Under the pieces are notes generated by a model. It ran no database searches. It saw only the letters and a list, made by a program, of their open reading frames with translations, and was not told the DNA's origin. Below, piece by piece: positions 59,055-64,000 of a DNA stretch of 64,000 nucleotides (position 1 is its first letter; each line of letters starts with the position of its first letter). The stretch comes from Planctomycetota bacterium (GTDB lineage: Bacteria; Planctomycetota; B15-G4), in assembly GCA_038212275.1 (NCBI GenBank), contig JBBQUR010000001.1, forward strand, positions 32,001 to 96,000, given 5' to 3'. A program made the translations under genes and the position numbers.

Positions 59055-60662
59055 TCAGCAATGCGCGAGGCGGTCGCTCACGATGCCAAGCAGTTCTTCC
59101 AGGGGACGCGTGCCGTCCAGCACGAGGTGCTCGACGGGCGACAGTTCGGTGATCGGCTCCCAGTTCGCGCGGAAGCTGTCCGCAAGTTCCAGACGTGCAT
59201 CGGAGACGCCGCCCGTGCGGGCAGCGAGCCGTGCGCGCATGACCTCGTCGGGCACGCGGCATTCCAGCAGCAGGAAGGCCGCGCCTCGGCGCGCGGCCTG
59301 CGTGCGCACGCGGGCGCGCAGGGCGCCCGAGGCGAAGCTCGTGTCGAGCAGCACCGGGCGCCCGCTGTCGAGCACGACCTCGGCGCGCGCGAGGATCTCG
59401 TCCTGCACGCGCGTGCCGAAGGCCGGCGTGTACAGCTCCGGACCGCCGCGCTGCTCGTGCCGAAGGCCGGCCAGCCGCTTGCGCACCGCGTCCGCACACA
59501 CGACGGGCAGGCCGAACCGCGCCGTGAGTGCGTCGGCCAGAGTGCTCTTGCCCGACGCGATCATGCCGCCGATGCCGGCCAGCAGCGGGCGGCCGCTGCC
59601 GGTGATCGGTGCGCGCGGCGGCCGGGCGAGCAGGTCATGCGCGAGCCGGAGGAAGCTGCGGGCTTCAGCGGCCTTGCGCGCTGCGGTGGCGGGGGGCGTC
59701 GCGGCGTCCGAGGCGACGAAGCACGCGACCTTGGCCCGCACGAAGGCGCGGTAGCTCATGGCCCCGTCGATCAGCGCATAGGCCTGCTGGTCGTCGCACT
59801 CCCAGCTCCAGCGCGCGAGCAGGAACTCCGCGAGGTCGGGCCGCCCCTCGTGGCGCAGGTCCATCGCCAGGAAGGCGACGTCGAGCGCGGGATCGCCGAT
59901 GCGCAGCCGTTCGGAGAACTCGATGCAGTCGATGAGCGCGGGGCCGTCGGGCAGCAGGTAGACGTGCTCGAGGCGCAGGTCGCCATGGCCGTCGCGCGCG
60001 GGCCGTTGCGTGAACAGCGTCGCCGTGCGCTCCAGCCAGCTCGCGTGCAGCGGGCGCAGCGCGTCGAGCAGCGCGGCGTCAAGGAATCGCCCGGCGAAGG
60101 GCGCGGCCTGACGGAAGTTTTCCTCGACGCTCTGCCGCAGTGCGTCCGGCGCCGGCGGCGCGCGCTGCGCGTCGCGGTGGAAGCGTGCGATGAGCGCCGC
60201 CACGACGCGGAGTCGTGCGGTGTCCAGCGTGCCGGCGCGCACGTGGGCAAGCGCGCTGGCTGCGTCGGGCAGCGTCCGCATGCAGACGACCCAGTCGGCC
60301 TCGCGCCCTGGTTCCAGCGCGCGCGTGAGCGAGAAGCCCCGGGCATCGCGCCAGACGGGCAGCACGTCGAGGTAGACGTCTGGCGCAGAGCGCCGGTTGA
60401 GGCGCAGCTCTTCGGCGCAGAAGTGCGCGCGCCGCTCGAGCGTCGTGTAGTCGAAGACACCGTAGTCCTTCGCGCGCTTCAGCTTGTACACGCGCTGCGC
60501 CGTGCGGAAGACGATGCTGCCGTGCGTGGTGAGCACCTCCACCTCGTCGGACACGCCCGGCGGCGGCGCCGGCAGGTTCTCTGGCCGGGACAGGTCGCGG
60601 ACGAGCGCCGCCTCGCGGGCGTCGTCGCTGCCCCGGCTGTCGTTGCGGCCGGGGGCGCTCAC
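59055..60662 (-). CDS. Bifunctional APH-like kinase / AAA_33 P-loop protein (Rv2004c-like)
   Basis: THGS, YKLK, D.TTLE.R..C.EEL.LNRR, DGHGDLRLEH, DCIEF, D.AFLAMDL, YRA.VRAKV, GMIASGKST. Confidence 0.88.
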   Translation of the reverse strand: MSAPGRNDSRGSDDAREAALVRDLSRPENLPAPPPGVSDEVEVLTTHGSIVFRTAQRVYKLKRAKDYGVFDYTTLERRAHFCAEELRLNRRSAPDVYLDVLPVWRDARGFSLTRALEPGREADWVVCMRTLPDAASALAHVRAGTLDTARLRVVAALIARFHRDAQRAPPAPDALRQSVEENFRQAAPFAGRFLDAALLDALRPLHASWLERTATLFTQRPARDGHGDLRLEHVYLLPDGPALIDCIEFSERLRIGDPALDVAFLAMDLRHEGRPDLAEFLLARWSWECDDQQAYALIDGAMSYRAFVRAKVACFVASDAATPPATAARKAAEARSFLRLAHDLLARPPRAPITGSGRPLLAGIGGMIASGKSTLADALTARFGLPVVCADAVRKRLAGLRHEQRGGPELYTPAFGTRVQDEILARAEVVLDSGRPVLLDTSFASGALRARVRTQAARRGAAFLLLECRVPDEVMRARLAARTGGVSDARLELADSFRANWEPITELSPVEHLVLDGTRPLEELLGIVSDRLAHC

Positions 60663-60666
60663 GGCG

Positions 60667-61827
60667 TCACTCGCCCAGCAGTCGCGCACGGATCGTGCGT
60701 GCTTCGGCCGGATCGCGCGTGGAGCCGACGATCACGCGGCCGTCGCGGAAGATGAGGATGCGCCGCGCGGCGCCGACGGCAGGGCGCGCGTGCGCGTCGT
60801 GCGAGCTGATGTCGAGGCGCACGAGAAAGGGCGAGAGCGTCACCACGCCTTCGCTCGCGAGGTGCGAGGCGAGCGCCGCCAGGTCCACGGGGGCGCCGGT
60901 GGCGGGGAGTTGCACCGCGTCGCGACCGCAGAGTTCGGTGGCGGTGGCGGCGGGCGCGTCGTGCAGGAACGGGAAGTGTCCTCGCACGCAGCACGGGCAG
61001 TCGGGTTCGCGGGGCAGGCGCAGACGACGCAACTCCGGCTCCCAGCCATCGACGGCGATGACCTCGGCCTCCGCGCCTGCCTCTGCGTCCGAGGCCGCAC
61101 CCGAGGCCGGGGCTGGGTCCGTTGCTTTCGCGGCTTGCAGAAGCAGGCGCAGCGCGGCGCCTGCCGCCAGGGCGGTCACCAGGCTGACCGCGGTGCCGAG
61201 CACGCCGGCCGTGTCGCAGGTGGGCAGGCTGCCGGGTGCGGGCGGCTGCGGCACGTAGCAGCGCAGGCACGGGCCACCGGGCCGCACGAGCAGCAGCTGG
61301 CCCTCGGTGCCGACGACGCCGCAATAGAGAAAGGGCACCGCCTGTTGCACGCACCAGTCGTTGAGCAGGAAGCGGGTGGAGAAGTTGTCCGTGCCGTCGA
61401 GGACCAGGCCTGCGTCGCGAAGCAGTCGCGGCGCATTGTCGGCCGTGAGGTCCGCGACCTCGGCCTGCACGGCAAGGCCCGGATCGATCGCAGTCAGCGC
61501 CGCAGCGGCCGTCTCCGCCTTGCTGGCGACCGCTTCCGCATCCGCGGTCGTGAAGAGCGTCTGTCGCGGGAGGTTGCTCAGCTCGACGACGTCGCGGTCC
61601 ACGAGTCGCAGCCAGCCGCCGGCCTGCTGCTGGCCGACACCGGCGCGCGCGAGCGACTCCGCGAGGTGCGTGCCCGTCGCCCCGATGCCCACGATGACGA
61701 CGCGCGCGCGTGCCAGCGCCGCCTGGCCGGCCGCTCCGACCTGCGGGAGGCGCACCTGGCGCACGAAGCGAGCGGAGGTCGGGGGCGCCGGCGTCGGTTC
61801 GGTCGGCGATGGGTGCGCGTCGGTCAT
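60667..61827 (-). CDS. ThiF/MoeB-family adenylyltransferase
   Basis: GIGATG, DRD.VELSNL.RQ, DGTDN, CLRC, TCDTAG, CPCC, LCGRDAVQ. Confidence 0.9.
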   Translation of the reverse strand: MTDAHPSPTEPTPAPPTSARFVRQVRLPQVGAAGQAALARARVVIVGIGATGTHLAESLARAGVGQQQAGGWLRLVDRDVVELSNLPRQTLFTTADAEAVASKAETAAAALTAIDPGLAVQAEVADLTADNAPRLLRDAGLVLDGTDNFSTRFLLNDWCVQQAVPFLYCGVVGTEGQLLLVRPGGPCLRCYVPQPPAPGSLPTCDTAGVLGTAVSLVTALAAGAALRLLLQAAKATDPAPASGAASDAEAGAEAEVIAVDGWEPELRRLRLPREPDCPCCVRGHFPFLHDAPAATATELCGRDAVQLPATGAPVDLAALASHLASEGVVTLSPFLVRLDISSHDAHARPAVGAARRILIFRDGRVIVGSTRDPAEARTIRARLLGE

Positions 61828-61834
61828 CGGGCTC

Positions 61835-62788
61835 TCAGCGTACGCGGACGAGCCGCGCGCGGGGGACGGAGACATCCAGCAGCGGGGCAATGTCCTGGAG
61901 GAAGCGCCGCGCATCCAAGGGGTAGCCGGCGGTGGGGAGCACGCCCGGCGACGCGCCGTCGAACCACGCGTTGAAGCTCTCCATGAAAAGCTCGCGCACG
62001 GTCTTGGCGACGAGCGAGGCGAGCGCCACCGTTGCGAGATGCCCGTCGGCCTTGACCTGGAAGCTGAGGCGCACGGACGGGCGATGCGGAAAGTCCATGC
62101 GGTAGCTGCTGCTGCCCGCGCTCTCCGCGAGCGTGCGGATGGGGGCCAGCGGAAAGAATTCCGCGAGCAGGTCCTTGTAGTGCGCGCGGCCGCCGTGCCG
62201 GTCCACGTGGATGACGAGCTCTTCCTGCGGGTAGCTGGCCATGAGCGCGTCGATGAGGCGGCCGGTGGCGAGGAAGAGCGGCCAGGCCTTGGTGCCGCGG
62301 GCCAGCGTGAGCCGGTTGAAGCGCGGTTCGAGCACGGGCGCGACGGCGAAGTCCAGGAAGGAGAGCCCGCGGTCCGCGAGCAGTTCGGCCTGGCGTGCGG
62401 CGCGTTCCAGCACGTCGTCCACGCGCGCATGCCGCGGCAGCGTCGCGCCCAGCAGGTGCCTGCCGTACCAGGGCTGTTCGAGGATCTCCTCGGCGGGGCA
62501 GTCCAGCGCGCCCGTCAGCAGGACGTCCGCGCGCAGCGGCAGCAGTCCGCGTCCGAGCACCGCGTGTCCCAGCACCGAGGTCTCGAGGCGGGCGACTCCG
62601 TCCTTGCCGCGGTAGAGCTGTTTGCTGTCGCCGATGGCGAGGCCGCCGGCGCGGGGGCCGAGGCCGATGAGGCGATGCAGCACCGAGTCGCGCACGCCCG
62701 GCTCGATGCGGAAGGCGCTGGATGCAACGACAAGCGGGCCGAGCGTCGGCCCGTAGCCGGCCTCGTCGATGCCGGCATGAACGGTCAT
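61835..62788 (-). CDS. Divergent ribonuclease HII-like protein
   Basis: GIDEAGYGP.LGP, DSK, DRHGG, KAD, ALAS..AK..R, GYP.D; ATGA overlap with lgt. Confidence 0.82.
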   Translation of the reverse strand: MTVHAGIDEAGYGPTLGPLVVASSAFRIEPGVRDSVLHRLIGLGPRAGGLAIGDSKQLYRGKDGVARLETSVLGHAVLGRGLLPLRADVLLTGALDCPAEEILEQPWYGRHLLGATLPRHARVDDVLERAARQAELLADRGLSFLDFAVAPVLEPRFNRLTLARGTKAWPLFLATGRLIDALMASYPQEELVIHVDRHGGRAHYKDLLAEFFPLAPIRTLAESAGSSSYRMDFPHRPSVRLSFQVKADGHLATVALASLVAKTVRELFMESFNAWFDGASPGVLPTAGYPLDARRFLQDIAPLLDVSVPRARLVRVR

Positions 62789-63585
62789 GGCCGGGCGGGG
62801 GAAGGCGATCCGGCGGGCTTCGCGCGGCTCCAGCGCATGTAAAGCAGCAGCGCCATCGGGACGAGGCCCACGGAGGTCCACTGTGCGGTGGAGAACGCGC
62901 CGTAGATGCCGCGCGCGACGTCGTCGCCGCGCGTGAACTCCACGACGAAGCGGCCCACCGCGTAGAGCATGATCGTGACGCACATGACCTGGCCGTCGAA
63001 GCGGCGGCGGGTGAGCAACCATGCCATCGAGAGGAAGATCAGAAGATCCATGAGCGAGAGGTAGATCTGCGTCGGATGCAGCGGCACGCCGATGAGGTCG
63101 GCCGGCATGAGGCTGCCTTCGATCGGCGGAAACGTGATGGCCCACGGGCCGTTCCAGCGACTGCCGTAGTCGTCGCCGACGAGAAGGCAGCCGATGCGCC
63201 CGAAGGTCTGCCCGAGGAAGAGAGCCGGCAGCATCGCGTCGCCGAGCCGCGGGATATTGATCTTGTTGCGTCGGCCCCACCAGATGGCGCCGAGCGCACC
63301 GCCGACGAATCCGCCCACCGAGACGATGCCGCCTTCCCACAGGGCGATGGGCGAGTACCAGGCGTGAAAGGCCTCGGGGTGCACGACGAGGTACAAAAGG
63401 CGCGCCCCGATGAAGCCCACGATGATCGAGATGGTGACGAGGTCCCCGACCTGCTCCTTCTGCGCGAGGCCGAGGCGCGCCAGCGCGCGACCGAGCCACC
63501 AGCTTCCGACCAGCACGCCGATCATCACCATGACGCCGAAGGACTTCAGCTCGAAGGAACCGATCTTGAACAGAATGGGGTGCAT
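62785..63585 (-). CDS. lgt: Prolipoprotein diacylglyceryl transferase
   Basis: MHPILF, GARL, WEGG, GRIGC...GD.YG, HPTQIY, RF..EF.RGD. Confidence 0.92.
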   Translation of the reverse strand: MHPILFKIGSFELKSFGVMVMIGVLVGSWWLGRALARLGLAQKEQVGDLVTISIIVGFIGARLLYLVVHPEAFHAWYSPIALWEGGIVSVGGFVGGALGAIWWGRRNKINIPRLGDAMLPALFLGQTFGRIGCLLVGDDYGSRWNGPWAITFPPIEGSLMPADLIGVPLHPTQIYLSLMDLLIFLSMAWLLTRRRFDGQVMCVTIMLYAVGRFVVEFTRGDDVARGIYGAFSTAQWTSVGLVPMALLLYMRWSRAKPAGSPSPARP

Positions 63586-63592
63586 GGCTGCC

Positions 63593-64000
63593 TCAGATCA
63601 TCACGCCGGTGATCGTGCTCTCGTAAACCAGGTTGCCGGCGACCCAGGCCTGCGTGGCGAAGGTGGCGAAGCTTCGGCGCTGGCGCAGCGCGCGCACTGC
63701 CACGAGCAGCGTGTCGCCGGGGAGCACCTGGCCACGAAAGCGCGCGTCGTCGATGCCTGCGAAGCCGAAGAAGTGTCCGGGATCGAGCGGCATGGTGTAG
63801 GACGCGACCCACGCGCAGAGCTGGGCCGAGACCTCGACCATGACCACGCCGGGCATGAGCGGCCTGCCGGGAAGGTGTCCGGCCACCCAGAAGTCCGTCG
63901 CGAGCGCGTGGTGCACGCCGACAGCGAAGGCCGTGTCGAGGTCAAAGGCCAGGATGCCGTGGAGCAGGCCCATGGCGTCGCGCTGCGGAATGCGCGCCTG
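63593..64000 (-). CDS. FabZ/FabA-like 3-hydroxyacyl-ACP dehydratase (5' truncated)
   Basis: IPQR..M.LL, FW..GH.PG.PLMPGV.M.E..AQ, RFRG.V.PGD; frame open to the window end. Confidence 0.88.
   Translation of the reverse strand, partial: QARIPQRDAMGLLHGILAFDLDTAFAVGVHHALATDFWVAGHLPGRPLMPGVVMVEVSAQLCAWVASYTMPLDPGHFFGFAGIDDARFRGQVLPGDTLLVAVRALRQRRSFATFATQAWVAGNLVYESTITGVMI

Noticed and set aside
59055..60662. Aminoglycoside resistance gene (also 19270-20193)
   Set aside because: APH fold only; motifs and context fit Rv2004c-like and AmgK-like housekeeping kinases.

Overview
A 64 kb, very GC-rich (roughly 70-73% by eye) and densely coding stretch of core bacterial chromosome. It is most likely from a Planctomycetota lineage; this is inferred from the RpoD C-terminus, tandem PilB/PilC, HEAT-VWA and HEAT-TPR proteins, an HTH-acidic-TM protein and a divergent RNase HII type. 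In order: two PilB/GspE ATPases and pilC; two CNNM-type membrane proteins; an HTH-TM protein and an OmpA/MotB lipoprotein; rsmA; dnaG-rpoD-Zn-ribbon-selB-sulfatase-like; amgK-murU-like plus a hypothetical; HEAT-VWA; tRNA-Pro(CGG); flippase, methyltransferase and O-antigen-ligase-like genes; guaB-guaA-M20-asd-dapA-dapD-PLP decarboxylase; TetR with a palindromic operator; GMC fusion, desaturase-like and ceramidase-like genes; hydrolases; tRNA-Glu(CTC); aroK; HEAT/TPR; NfeD-flotillin; a frameshifted secreted protein; a nucleotidyltransferase/small-protein pair; a ferritin-like protein; rnd; a TPR-CHAT-like lipoprotein; and a fabZ-like/lgt/RNase HII-like/ThiF/kinase operon. I saw no CRISPR, integrase, transposase or rRNA. 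The best leads are a lysine operon with a non-canonical decarboxylase and no dapF/dapB, a catalytically dead CHAT lipoprotein, a degenerate ADO-like protein, a putative NTase toxin-antitoxin pair, a membrane-anchored HTH/OmpA pair and two unexplained structured non-coding regions. All family calls come from motif recognition by eye; no searches were run.
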